DNA of 24,218 nucleotides from Desulfobacteraceae bacterium (GTDB taxonomy: Bacteria > Desulfobacterota > Desulfobacteria > Desulfobacterales > Desulfosarcinaceae). Made by a program: the position numbers and the translations under genes. Shown here piece after piece: positions 16,413 to 24,218 of this stretch (its first letter is position 1; every line of letters begins with the position of its first letter). The stretch is taken from the NCBI GenBank assembly GCA_027031325.1, contig JALVRI010000576.1, forward strand, positions 1-24,218, written 5' to 3'. Below the pieces are notes generated by a model, which saw only the letters and a list, made by a program, of their open reading frames with translations, did no database searches and was not told where the DNA came from.

Positions 16413-18647
16413 ATGCTTATCAAACAGGGAACAAAAAACGGTTGCGAGCGACCAGGGTTGTTGAGGCGCCTGTTGGAGAACCGTTTGCGACGGGCCATGA
16501 TCGTTGCCGTGGTATCTTTGTGCCTCTCCCAGGTGTTGGTTGCTTCAGGCTGGCTGCGACAGCTGGAGAACTTGAGCATCGACTGGCGCATGAGGCTCTG
16601 CCGTAAAAATCGCCCTTTACCGCAGGAGATGGTCCTGATTCTGATAGACGAAGCTTCCCTTGACGCCATGAACCGGATTGGCGGGCGTTGGCCCTGGGAC
16701 AGGCAGGTTCATGCAAACGTTATCGATTTTCTCAACCTGGCAGGTGCCAGGGCGATCGTCTTTGATGTCCTCTTTACCGAAGAACAAGGCGATCCGGGCC
16801 AATCAGGTGCAAGCAGATCGGATAGTATTTTGGCCGAAGCCACGTCCCAGGCCAAGGTGATCCATGCGGCCCAGCTTGCAGGAGAGAAAAAAGCAGGCTC
16901 TCTTTCCGGTTACCCCTTGCCGCCTGATTTTGCCGCCCGTTTTGGATTGTCCCTGAAGGGCAGCAGGCTCCAACTCAGGCAAAAAAGTGAGGCCTACCTG
17001 CCCTACGACAGGTTATGGCGTGCAGCCACTGGAGTCGGGGTTGTCAGCGTCGACCCCGACCCGGACGGTGTGATTCGCAAAATGCCCTTGCTGGTTGCTT
17101 ACGGCGGCACGATCCTGCCGGGCTTGGCATTGGCGACTGCGCTGGCGGGGCAGGACCGGGTCGGGCTGGAATGCAGTTCCGGCCGCCTTATCCTGAAAAG
17201 CGGCCAGCGACTTTTCAGGATCCCGGTCGATTTGAGGGGGCGGATCAGGGTCAATCCCTATGGCCGCTACGAGGCATACTCTTACAGCGGAGTCTATCTC
17301 AGCCTCCAGCAGATGATGGACGGTAAACTAAACAACCTTCCCGTCGAGCCATCGGTTTTCAAGGATAAAATCGTTTTCATAGGCGCCAGCGCAGCCGGGG
17401 TTGAAGACCTCAAGACAACCGCCCTGGGCCCCGATACACCCGGTGTCCTGCTGCACGCATCGGTTTTGGCGAACATTTTGGAAAACGATTTCATTAACGA
17501 GGCTCCCTGGCAAGTGATGACCCTGCTGGCAGCCTTGATGGCCGGCGTGGCGGTTTGCTGCGTTGTCTACAGCGAGTCTCTCTGGCTCCAGGTAAGCCTT
17601 CCCCTCCTGGCTGCAACAGGCCTGTGGTGGGTGGCCCTCAAGCTGACGGCTTCAGGCCTGCTGGTAGGGCTGATGGGTCCAAGCTGTGCGCTCCTGCTGG
17701 CACATGGCGGGGCATTGGCGACCGAGCGTTTCATGGAGAGGATCGAAAAATCCAGGATAAGAAATTACCTTGGGCAATATGTTTCACCGGTCGTCCTGGA
17801 CAAGATTATCACCTGCCACGATGGAGACTACCTGGGCGCGGAAGTCGGCGCCGAGGAAAAGCTGAGCATAATGTTTACAGACCTGCGGGGGTTTACAACC
17901 ATCAGCCAGTCGATGCCGGTAGACCGGGTTGTCAACCTGCTCAACCGCTACCTGTCACTTATGACTGAAAAGGTTTTCGAATACCATGGCACCCTGGACA
18001 AGTTTATCGGGGATGCCCTGGTTGCTTTTTGGGGAGCGCCCTTGCCCGAACAGGACCATCCGGTCAAGGCGGTAAGCTGCGCCCTGGCGATGTTGAAAGC
18101 CCTGGCGCATTTCAACGAATTCAAACGTCTGCCGTCAGAGCCGATTTTGAAAATGGGGATCGGCATAAATACCGACCGGGTCATCCTGGGCAACATCGGG
18201 TCTGAAAGGAAGCTCGATTACACCATCGTTGGAGACGGGGTCAACCTGGCTTCGAGGCTTGAAGGACTGACCAAGACTTACCGGGTCCCCATCGTGGTTT
18301 CGCACGCCACCTACCGCCTGGTGCGATCCCGCATCGTCTGCCGTCCCTTGGACGTGGTGAAGGTCAAGGGACGCAAGGGAAAAACGAGAATTTATCATCC
18401 CCTGGGAGCGGCGGATGAAATTGATCGCCAAATGCTGCAAGTGGCGGCCCTGAGCCGGGAAGGGCTCGATTTGTTCCTTGAATGCCGTTTCGAACAGGCC
18501 CTGGGGGTCTACCAGCGCCTGGAACGTCTTCTGCCGGGAGACCAGGTGGCCAGGATCTTTGTCGAACGCTGCCGCAATAGACTTTCAGGCGGCCATCAAA
18601 GCGTTCCAATCAAGAAGGATACAGGTGACAGCTTGAGGAGAATTTAA
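16413..18647 (+). CDS. CHASE2-domain membrane adenylate cyclase (class III) with C-terminal TPR-like helices
   Basis: N-terminal TM segment; CHASE2 motifs (LILIDEASL, RWPWDR, AIVFDVLF, DPDGVIR, IVFIGASAAG); three TM segments; cyclase motifs MFTDLRGFT, DKFIGDA, DYTIVGDGVNLASRLEG. The Lys/Asp specificity pair indicates ATP. Start may be 16497. Confidence 0.93.
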   Translation: MLIKQGTKNGCERPGLLRRLLENRLRRAMIVAVVSLCLSQVLVASGWLRQLENLSIDWRMRLCRKNRPLPQEMVLILIDEASLDAMNRIGGRWPWDRQVHANVIDFLNLAGARAIVFDVLFTEEQGDPGQSGASRSDSILAEATSQAKVIHAAQLAGEKKAGSLSGYPLPPDFAARFGLSLKGSRLQLRQKSEAYLPYDRLWRAATGVGVVSVDPDPDGVIRKMPLLVAYGGTILPGLALATALAGQDRVGLECSSGRLILKSGQRLFRIPVDLRGRIRVNPYGRYEAYSYSGVYLSLQQMMDGKLNNLPVEPSVFKDKIVFIGASAAGVEDLKTTALGPDTPGVLLHASVLANILENDFINEAPWQVMTLLAALMAGVAVCCVVYSESLWLQVSLPLLAATGLWWVALKLTASGLLVGLMGPSCALLLAHGGALATERFMERIEKSRIRNYLGQYVSPVVLDKIITCHDGDYLGAEVGAEEKLSIMFTDLRGFTTISQSMPVDRVVNLLNRYLSLMTEKVFEYHGTLDKFIGDALVAFWGAPLPEQDHPVKAVSCALAMLKALAHFNEFKRLPSEPILKMGIGINTDRVILGNIGSERKLDYTIVGDGVNLASRLEGLTKTYRVPIVVSHATYRLVRSRIVCRPLDVVKVKGRKGKTRIYHPLGAADEIDRQMLQVAALSREGLDLFLECRFEQALGVYQRLERLLPGDQVARIFVERCRNRLSGGHQSVPIKKDTGDSLRRI

Positions 18648-18648
18648 C

Positions 18649-19149
18649 ATGAACACAAGAAGATGGATGTCTATCGCGGTTTGCCTGGGGATATTGCTTC
18701 TGTCCGGCCGGGTGTTTGGCGAAACAATCTACGTTCACAGCCGGATAGCCCCGCTGATGGCAGGGCCTGACCTTGCTTCCGGCAAGCTGGGGGAACTGGA
18801 GTTGGGCTCGAAACTGGAAGCCGACCGGCTTCAAAACGGCTGGTACCATGTTGTGTCGGACGGCAAAAGCGGATGGGTCAATCGCTTGATGGTCAAAAAG
18901 TACCCCCCGGTCAAGGAGAAGGGGGACCAATTGATGGGCCGGCAGCACCTTGCCAGGCGTGCCCGGATACGGCCATCGAGCCTGGCTTCCACGGCGGCCG
19001 CCCGTGGACTTAGGGCTGAACGCAACCGCTACAATATGAGGTTGAAGGCCGACTACAAGGCACTTGAGAAGATGGAAAGTTTTCGGGTGACCCCCCAGGA
19101 TGCCCGCTGCTTCGTAATGAAAGGATCCCAAAATGTGTCAGGGCAATAA
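18649..19149 (+). CDS. Secreted SH3b-domain protein
   Basis: Sec-type signal peptide (MNTRRWMSIAVCLGILLLSGRVFG); SH3b pattern GSKLE...NGWYHV...KSGWV; Arg-rich C-terminal half with STAAARGL. Confidence 0.8.
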   Translation: MNTRRWMSIAVCLGILLLSGRVFGETIYVHSRIAPLMAGPDLASGKLGELELGSKLEADRLQNGWYHVVSDGKSGWVNRLMVKKYPPVKEKGDQLMGRQHLARRARIRPSSLASTAAARGLRAERNRYNMRLKADYKALEKMESFRVTPQDARCFVMKGSQNVSGQ

Positions 19150-20008
19150 ACCGGTATCGGCACTGGTGGTGATGGTGATGGTTATCGGGTTGGCCGCAAG
19201 GGCTGATTGCGGGCGACAGCGGATCAACGTGATTGCCAAGGAGCAAGAGGCCCCGGCCGATTGGCAAACCGAAGCCTGGTTCGGCCGCAAGCTTGCCGCA
19301 AGAATCCTGGGCAGCATTCCCCTCTGCGATTGTCCGGCCGCCAATCGCTATCTCAATCTTGTCGGCAGCGGACTGGCACTCTATGCGCCTGCCCCGGGAG
19401 CCGTTTTTACCTTTGGGATCCTGGACAGTGAAAAGGTCAACGCTTACGCCACACCGGGCGGGTATATTTTTGTCACCAAGGGAGCCATTTTGCGCATGCG
19501 CAATGAGGCCGAACTGGCCGCCGTGTTGGGGCATGAAATCGCCCATGTGTCATGCCATCACATGGTCAAGAGCCTTGGCCTCAACCGCCACCAGGATTCG
19601 GCCGTAGGAGGAATGGCGGTTTTGGTCGGAGGGACGACCGGCAGTTTTCGGCAGGCAATTTCACAAGGCCTGGAAAAAGGCCTGGAGATCCTTTTCGACA
19701 CCGGTTACAGCCGCAAGCAGGAACTTGAAGCCGACCGGATCGGAATGCAGCTGGCAGTCACGGCCGGGTATCGCAAGGACGGACTGGTAAACTTTTTGAA
19801 GCGCATTCACGGTTTTGAAGCCTCGGCCGCTGAGGATGACAGGAGTCACCCCACCTGGAAGGTACGACTTCAACAGTTGGAGGCAAGCATGGATGGACTG
19901 CATCAAGATCCAGGTCCAGGCCAGACAAGGGAGGAGCGTTTTAATGAAGCTTTTGCGCAGTTGTTTGATTCTGATATTGGCGATGAGCATAACCGCAGTT
20001 CAAGGTGA
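19133..20008 (+). CDS. M48-family zinc metalloprotease (periplasmic, BepA/LoiP-like)
   Basis: Signal peptide; VNAYATPGGYIFV, ELAAVLGHEIAHV (HExxH), YSRKQELEADRIG, SHP; all zinc-site motifs intact. Confidence 0.92.
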   Translation: MCQGNKPVSALVVMVMVIGLAARADCGRQRINVIAKEQEAPADWQTEAWFGRKLAARILGSIPLCDCPAANRYLNLVGSGLALYAPAPGAVFTFGILDSEKVNAYATPGGYIFVTKGAILRMRNEAELAAVLGHEIAHVSCHHMVKSLGLNRHQDSAVGGMAVLVGGTTGSFRQAISQGLEKGLEILFDTGYSRKQELEADRIGMQLAVTAGYRKDGLVNFLKRIHGFEASAAEDDRSHPTWKVRLQQLEASMDGLHQDPGPGQTREERFNEAFAQLFDSDIGDEHNRSSR

Positions 20009-21236
20009 GGATGGCTTTGCCGACGATCAGCATTATGTGAACGTCCTTGTGGGAAGCCGGGCCGCCTCCCTGGGAGGTGCGTACACGGCCCTGGCCGATG
20101 ATCCCTCGGGCTGCTATTACAATCCGGCCGGTATCGCGCTGGCGCCCTACCAGAGTTTTTCGGCCAGCATGAACGTCTTCCAGCGTTCCCTGAAAACTTA
20201 CGAGCATGCCCTGGCAGACACTGAAGGCAATCTGCATGACTGGGAGCAGGAATCTTCGACCCTGTTGCCCAACTTTTTCGGCGTGATAAAGAATTTCGGC
20301 AAGGGAGTCCTGGGTATTTCCTACGCCGTGCCGGATGCCATCAACCGGCGCCAGCGCCAGAGTTTCCGGAATATCCAGTCCAACATTGCCGGAAATCCTG
20401 TCGAAAATTTCACCATCGATATCAACGACAGCGACCGTACCTTTCTCTTCGGCCCCTCGTATGCCGTAAGGCTCAGTGACAACCTGTCCCTGGGAGGGAC
20501 GCTTTACGTGTATTACAGGGACCGGGAGGTGGTTCGCAACCAGTTGTTGCAGTTCGAACAGGGCCAGCATTACTGGATAAACTACTACGAAACCAGGCAG
20601 GATTGGGGGCTTCGGCCTATTTTGGGGCTGATCTGGGAACCGCATCAGAAGTTGGCCTTGGGGCTGACCGCGGCCAAGACTTTTGTCACCTCGGGTAAGC
20701 TCAAACAGCAGACAACTTTCAGGGATTCTTCGGCCGACAGCCCTTACATCATAGACGGTATAAGCTACGATTTTTCAGATACAGACACCCTCTATTTCGA
20801 TTCGACCACCACCCATCCAAGCGATGATCAGCCCCTTAGCCTGACCCTGGGAGCATCTTACTTCGTTTCGCCGCGCTTGCTGGCGACCATGGACTTGAGC
20901 TTTCACCAGGCCGAAGATCAAAAGGAGGCAACCTGGAACCTGGCCGCCGGTGCGGAATACTACTTGACCGAATCGATCGCCCTGCGCCTGGGTTTATATT
21001 CCGACCGGGCAAACACCCCGGAGTTGAGCAGCAATGCCACCAACCAGGCCGAGCATGTCGATATCTACGGCGCCAGTTTCGGGGTGGCCGTTTTTTCCCA
21101 ACAGTCGAGCCTGTCGCTGGGTTTCGGCTATGCCAGGGGAGAAGGCGAGGCTCAGATAGTAAGCGACAGCCTTACGATTCAGGATGTCACCATAGAAGAC
21201 CTGACTATTTATCTTGCGGCGGGCTACAGTTTTTGA
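19944..21236 (+). CDS. Outer-membrane beta-barrel, OmpP1/FadL/TodX-like
   Basis: ATG 19944 with SD GGAGGAG; signal peptide; GSRAASLGGAYTALADDPSGCYYNPAG (FadL-type hatch motif); amphipathic beta strands; C-terminal beta-signal YLAAGYSF. Confidence 0.82.
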   Translation: MKLLRSCLILILAMSITAVQGEDGFADDQHYVNVLVGSRAASLGGAYTALADDPSGCYYNPAGIALAPYQSFSASMNVFQRSLKTYEHALADTEGNLHDWEQESSTLLPNFFGVIKNFGKGVLGISYAVPDAINRRQRQSFRNIQSNIAGNPVENFTIDINDSDRTFLFGPSYAVRLSDNLSLGGTLYVYYRDREVVRNQLLQFEQGQHYWINYYETRQDWGLRPILGLIWEPHQKLALGLTAAKTFVTSGKLKQQTTFRDSSADSPYIIDGISYDFSDTDTLYFDSTTTHPSDDQPLSLTLGASYFVSPRLLATMDLSFHQAEDQKEATWNLAAGAEYYLTESIALRLGLYSDRANTPELSSNATNQAEHVDIYGASFGVAVFSQQSSLSLGFGYARGEGEAQIVSDSLTIQDVTIEDLTIYLAAGYSF

Positions 21237-21298
21237 AGCATGAGCTTGCCCGGGGGACAAGAATCGTCCGGCCGGGTTCAAATCCTGGAAAAGTAACC

Positions 21299-21325
21299 TA
21301 AATGAACACTGAAAAAAGCCGATAA
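21299..21325 (+). promoter_or_regulatory. sigma28 (FliA) promoter
   Basis: Exact consensus TAAA-N15-GCCGATAA, in the intergenic gap before the HDOD gene. Confidence 0.85.
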
Positions 21326-21403
21326 GATTGGATGGAGACATGGCCGGGGCCTGCTGAAGGTCCCATAGCTGAAAAGGCGGCAGGAACTCGAGCCGGTTTT
21401 ACA

Positions 21404-22282
21404 ATGGAAACTGAAAAAAGAATCAAGACCATCAAGCGTTTCATCGAGCGGATGCCCAGCTTGCCGACCTCGGTTACCAAGGTATTGGAGATCTGCAACC
21501 GGCCCGATACCTCACCCAACGATCTGAACCGCGTCATCTCCCTCGATCCGGTATTGACCGGGCAGGTACTCCGGCTGATCAATTCAGCCTATTATGCCCT
21601 GCCCAACCGGATTACCTCCCTGACCAGGGCCATCATCATGCTGGGGATAAATACGGTCAAGAACCTGGCCCTGGCCACATCGGTACTGAGCACATTCAAG
21701 GACCGGATTGCCTGTAAAAAGGTATCCATGGATGATTTCTGGGCCCACAGCCTGGGAGTCGGGGTGATCGCAAAGACCTTGGCCCAAATCAGCGGGGTTA
21801 CCCCGGCCGAGCAGGAAACTTATTTCGTTGCCGGTCTGCTCCACGATCTGGGCAAGATTCCCCTGGCAAACAAGTTCCCGGCCGAATACGACCAGGTAGT
21901 CGAAAACGCCGGCAACAACGGAGGATCCCTGGTGCAATGGGAACAGAACGTGTTCGGTATCAACCATCTCCAGGTCGGTGGAATGATCGCCGACAAATGG
22001 AAGCTCAACCAGGAAATGAGATCTGCAATAATCGGACACTGCCTGGAGTGCGAGGACGTTCCCGATCATCGGGTTGCGATTATGGTGGCCCTGGCCGATT
22101 ATCTGGCGGTTCGTTTCGAGATCGGAGCGGCCGGCAACGGCAAGGTCGAGGATAAGGTTCTGGTGGCTGCCCTGAGCCGGATCTCCATCAAGCCGGACAG
22201 GCTGGAAGGATTGCGGAGCAAGGTGGAACTGGAGGTAGACAAGGCCAGGGATTTTTTGAAAATCGCAGGGAAGGATGAATAG
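21404..22282 (+). CDS. Stand-alone HDOD-domain protein
   Basis: MPSLP...DPVLTGQVLRLINSAYY...SLTRAIIMLG, FWAHS, AGLLHDLGK, INHLQVG...WKL. Start is probably 21404; the ORF track uses 21332. Confidence 0.92.
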   Translation: METEKRIKTIKRFIERMPSLPTSVTKVLEICNRPDTSPNDLNRVISLDPVLTGQVLRLINSAYYALPNRITSLTRAIIMLGINTVKNLALATSVLSTFKDRIACKKVSMDDFWAHSLGVGVIAKTLAQISGVTPAEQETYFVAGLLHDLGKIPLANKFPAEYDQVVENAGNNGGSLVQWEQNVFGINHLQVGGMIADKWKLNQEMRSAIIGHCLECEDVPDHRVAIMVALADYLAVRFEIGAAGNGKVEDKVLVAALSRISIKPDRLEGLRSKVELEVDKARDFLKIAGKDE

Positions 22283-22285
22283 GTC

Positions 22286-23203
22286 ATGGAAGTCACTTTT
22301 TGGGGTGTAAGAGGATCTATCCCGTGTCCCGGACCCGAGACGGTCAAGTATGGAGGCAATACGGCCTGCCTTGAACTTTATCTGGAAGAAATAGACAGGC
22401 GCATAATAATCGACGCCGGATCGGGTATCAGGCTGCTGGGCAACAAGCTGATGGCCGAACAACTGCCCAAAGGACCCATCGAGGCCGATATCTTTTTCAC
22501 CCATACCCACTGGGATCACATCATGGGGTTTCCCTTTTTCACGCCTGTGTTTATCCCCGGGACCAGGCTCAACATCTACGGCCCGGTGACCTTTGAAAAC
22601 GAAACCCTTCAGGATGCCCTCAACGGCCAGTGGACCTACCGCTATTTCCCGGTCCGCCACGAAGAGCTTTCCTCGCAGATCAATTACTTTGACCTCAAGG
22701 AAGAGCGCATCGACCTGGGACAGGGCCTTTCGGTTCAGACCAAGTACCTGAACCATCCCTTGCTTTGTCTCGGTTATCGCTTCGAGTTCGAAGGCAAGGT
22801 CTTTTGCACGGCTTATGATACCGAGCCTTTCCGTAACCTGTTTTGCAACGATCCCCAAGACCCGTCCTATGACGAGGCCATGGCCCTGGAAGGGGAACAG
22901 GTGGCCAGGGAAGAAAACCAGCGCCTCGAACGGTTCATCCAGGGTGCCGACCTGCTGGTCTACGATACCATGTATACCCAGGCCGAACTCGAAAACGGCC
23001 GCAGGGGATGGGGGCACTCTTCCATGGAATATGCCATCGAGTCGTCGATTGGTAACAATGTCAAACAGCTGATCTTGTTTCATCACGATCCCGGCCGGAG
23101 CGACGCCGAGCTGGACGGCTTGGAAAAAAGTTTGTGCCTGCCGGCAAGACAGGATGGTCTGGACGTCAGTTTCGCCAGGGAGGGAGTTACCCTGACCCTT
23201 TGA
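22286..23203 (+). CDS. MBL-fold metallo-hydrolase (RNase Z/PhnP/cyclic-nucleotide phosphodiesterase-like)
   Basis: FWGVRGSIPCPG, YGGNTAC, IDAGSG, THTHWDHIMG (HxHxDH), HP...GYR, GHSS, FHHDP. Starts 3 nt after the HDOD stop. Confidence 0.92.
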   Translation: MEVTFWGVRGSIPCPGPETVKYGGNTACLELYLEEIDRRIIIDAGSGIRLLGNKLMAEQLPKGPIEADIFFTHTHWDHIMGFPFFTPVFIPGTRLNIYGPVTFENETLQDALNGQWTYRYFPVRHEELSSQINYFDLKEERIDLGQGLSVQTKYLNHPLLCLGYRFEFEGKVFCTAYDTEPFRNLFCNDPQDPSYDEAMALEGEQVAREENQRLERFIQGADLLVYDTMYTQAELENGRRGWGHSSMEYAIESSIGNNVKQLILFHHDPGRSDAELDGLEKSLCLPARQDGLDVSFAREGVTLTL

Positions 23204-23344
23204 ACCCGCGGCCTTGGATGCTGGTGAAAAGGTGCCGCCGGGGCGGGCAAATTTTGCCCCTCCAGACCGGGTGCATAAGCCTTTCTGCCTCTTTTCTGTG
23301 TAATAACTCCTTGTTAGAACGGAAGATAACAATGGTGAGGTTCT

Positions 23345-23360
23345 TGGCACGATAATGGCA
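23345..23360 (+). promoter_or_regulatory. Candidate sigma54 promoter
   Basis: TGGCACGATAATGGCA has one mismatch to TGGCAC-N5-TTGCW and exact GG-N10-GC spacing; 76 nt before ATG 23437. Confidence 0.7.
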
Positions 23361-23436
23361 AGGATTTTCGGGAAGATAGCGGCTCACAAGCGCCGGGACG
23401 ATTTTTACCCATCCCTAAAACACGGGGAAAGTGACC

Positions 23437-23898
23437 ATGAAGATAGATCCAAGCAACCCAAGCGGCAATTTAAAGTTGGAAAATCAGGGTAAAAGGGCGG
23501 CAAAAGCCGGCTCCAAAATTGAATTCGGCAAAATCCTGGAGCAGGAGGTGTCCGGTATGGGCACAGGTTTGACGGGACCTGGCGGAATCCGGGCATGTCC
23601 GGGGCCGGCAAGTCTCGGGCCAATCGGCTTGCCTGGACGTCCCCCGGCCGCAGAGGCCCTGGACGCTCTTGACAGAACCCTGGAAGGGCTCGAACGCTAC
23701 CGCCGTTGCCTTGCATCTGCCGGGACAAGCCTGAAGGAGGCCTCGGCCCTGCTGGAGGAGGTCAAGGGTGAAGTTCGAAGCCTGCAAGAACTTTCGGCTG
23801 CCCGGCTGTTGGAACCGGGCTTGAATGACCTGGTCCATGAGGCCATGGCTACCGTCATGGCTGAAGAGGCCCGTTTCCGGAGGGGCGATTATTGTTGA
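23437..23898 (+). CDS. Hypothetical protein (153 aa; N-terminal 'FGKIL' motif, helical C-terminal domain ending RRGDYC)
   Basis: ATG with SD GGGGAAAG; coiled-coil-like heptads. Resembles, from memory and unverified, deltaproteobacterial hypotheticals ending RGDY. Confidence 0.8.
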   Translation: MKIDPSNPSGNLKLENQGKRAAKAGSKIEFGKILEQEVSGMGTGLTGPGGIRACPGPASLGPIGLPGRPPAAEALDALDRTLEGLERYRRCLASAGTSLKEASALLEEVKGEVRSLQELSAARLLEPGLNDLVHEAMATVMAEEARFRRGDYC

Positions 23899-23974
23899 GC
23901 AACAGCTGGCAGGGCCACTTCTTGGGCGGTGCAAATATCCTGCGGCAGGCCCTGGCCCGGGCAAGGAGAAGAGT

Positions 23975-24218
23975 ATGGAAGCTTATCCGGATGGCCGGTT
24001 ACCGAACATCGCCGAGCTGGTGAAAAGCCGGCAGCCGTCTTCCATCCTGGAAGTCGGATTTGGCCACGGCCCCTTGAACGAGATCGCCCGTTGCAGGCCG
24101 GGATCAATTGAAGGCCTTGCCATAAGCGGAATTGAAAAGACGGCGGCCTTCATTCCGGCTTTTCTCAGGTCCAGGTTCAGGGAACTGTTCGAGGGCGATC
24201 CCACCAAAATACTTGAGG
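23975..24218 (+). CDS. Class I SAM-dependent methyltransferase (partial, runs off the right edge; absent from ORF track)
   Basis: Manual translation: MEAYPDGRLPNIAELVKSRQPSSILEVGFGHG...AISGIEK...LFEGDPTKILE, showing motif I (ILEVGxGxG), an acidic motif II and EGD. SD AAGGAG; no stop before the window end. Confidence 0.75.
   Translation, partial: MEAYPDGRLPNIAELVKSRQPSSILEVGFGHGPLNEIARCRPGSIEGLAISGIEKTAAFIPAFLRSRFRELFEGDPTKILE

Noticed and set aside
21255-21288. tRNA-like elements: a T-arm hairpin CCGGG-TTCAAAT-CCTGG (21272-21288) and a 7-nt-loop hairpin GGAC-AAGAATC-GTCC just upstream
   Set aside because: No acceptor stem, D-arm or CCA; only 2 nt between the arms; no U33. No integrase or second att copy in the window. 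Treated as chance or an unprovable remnant.
21332-21403. In-frame ATG at 21332 coinciding with the expected sigma28 TSS (possible leaderless start)
   Set aside because: The 24-aa extension is low-complexity and outside the HDOD domain; cannot be supported without Ribo-seq.
21584-23350. 588-aa minus-strand ORF, plus other long alternative-frame ORFs (e.g. 74..742, 2605..3666, 4645..5598, 5695..6609, 9626..10513, 9759..10859, 11572..12477)
   Set aside because: They overlap well-supported genes, have no recognisable motifs, and are expected shadow ORFs in high-GC coding DNA.

Overview
GC-rich bacterial chromosomal window; gene content suggests a Desulfobacterota/deltaproteobacterium (inference, not provable from sequence). 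Left half, minus strand: a sigma70 promoter, cobalamin riboswitch and attenuator lead an 11-gene operon with a BtuCDF/FecCDE-type ABC transporter and anaerobic corrin-ring genes (cbiA, C, L, D, ET, F, G, H). A eukaryote-type fused HisH-HisF and a truncated FmdB zinc-ribbon gene follow. Middle: a cold-shock protein, a ChoD-like GMC oxidoreductase, a small Cys-rich ORF and an orphan mini flagellar-rod protein. Right half, plus strand: a signalling island with candidate sigma54 promoters and one perfect sigma28 promoter. It encodes CHASE2-adenylate cyclase, secreted SH3b protein, M48 metalloprotease and FadL-like beta-barrel, then HDOD protein and MBL-fold hydrolase, then a hypothetical protein and a truncated SAM methyltransferase. 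The best candidate for an undescribed system is the cyclase/SH3/M48/barrel trans-envelope module with a possible cognate phosphodiesterase under flagellar-type sigma control. No tRNA, rRNA, CRISPR array or mobile element was found.
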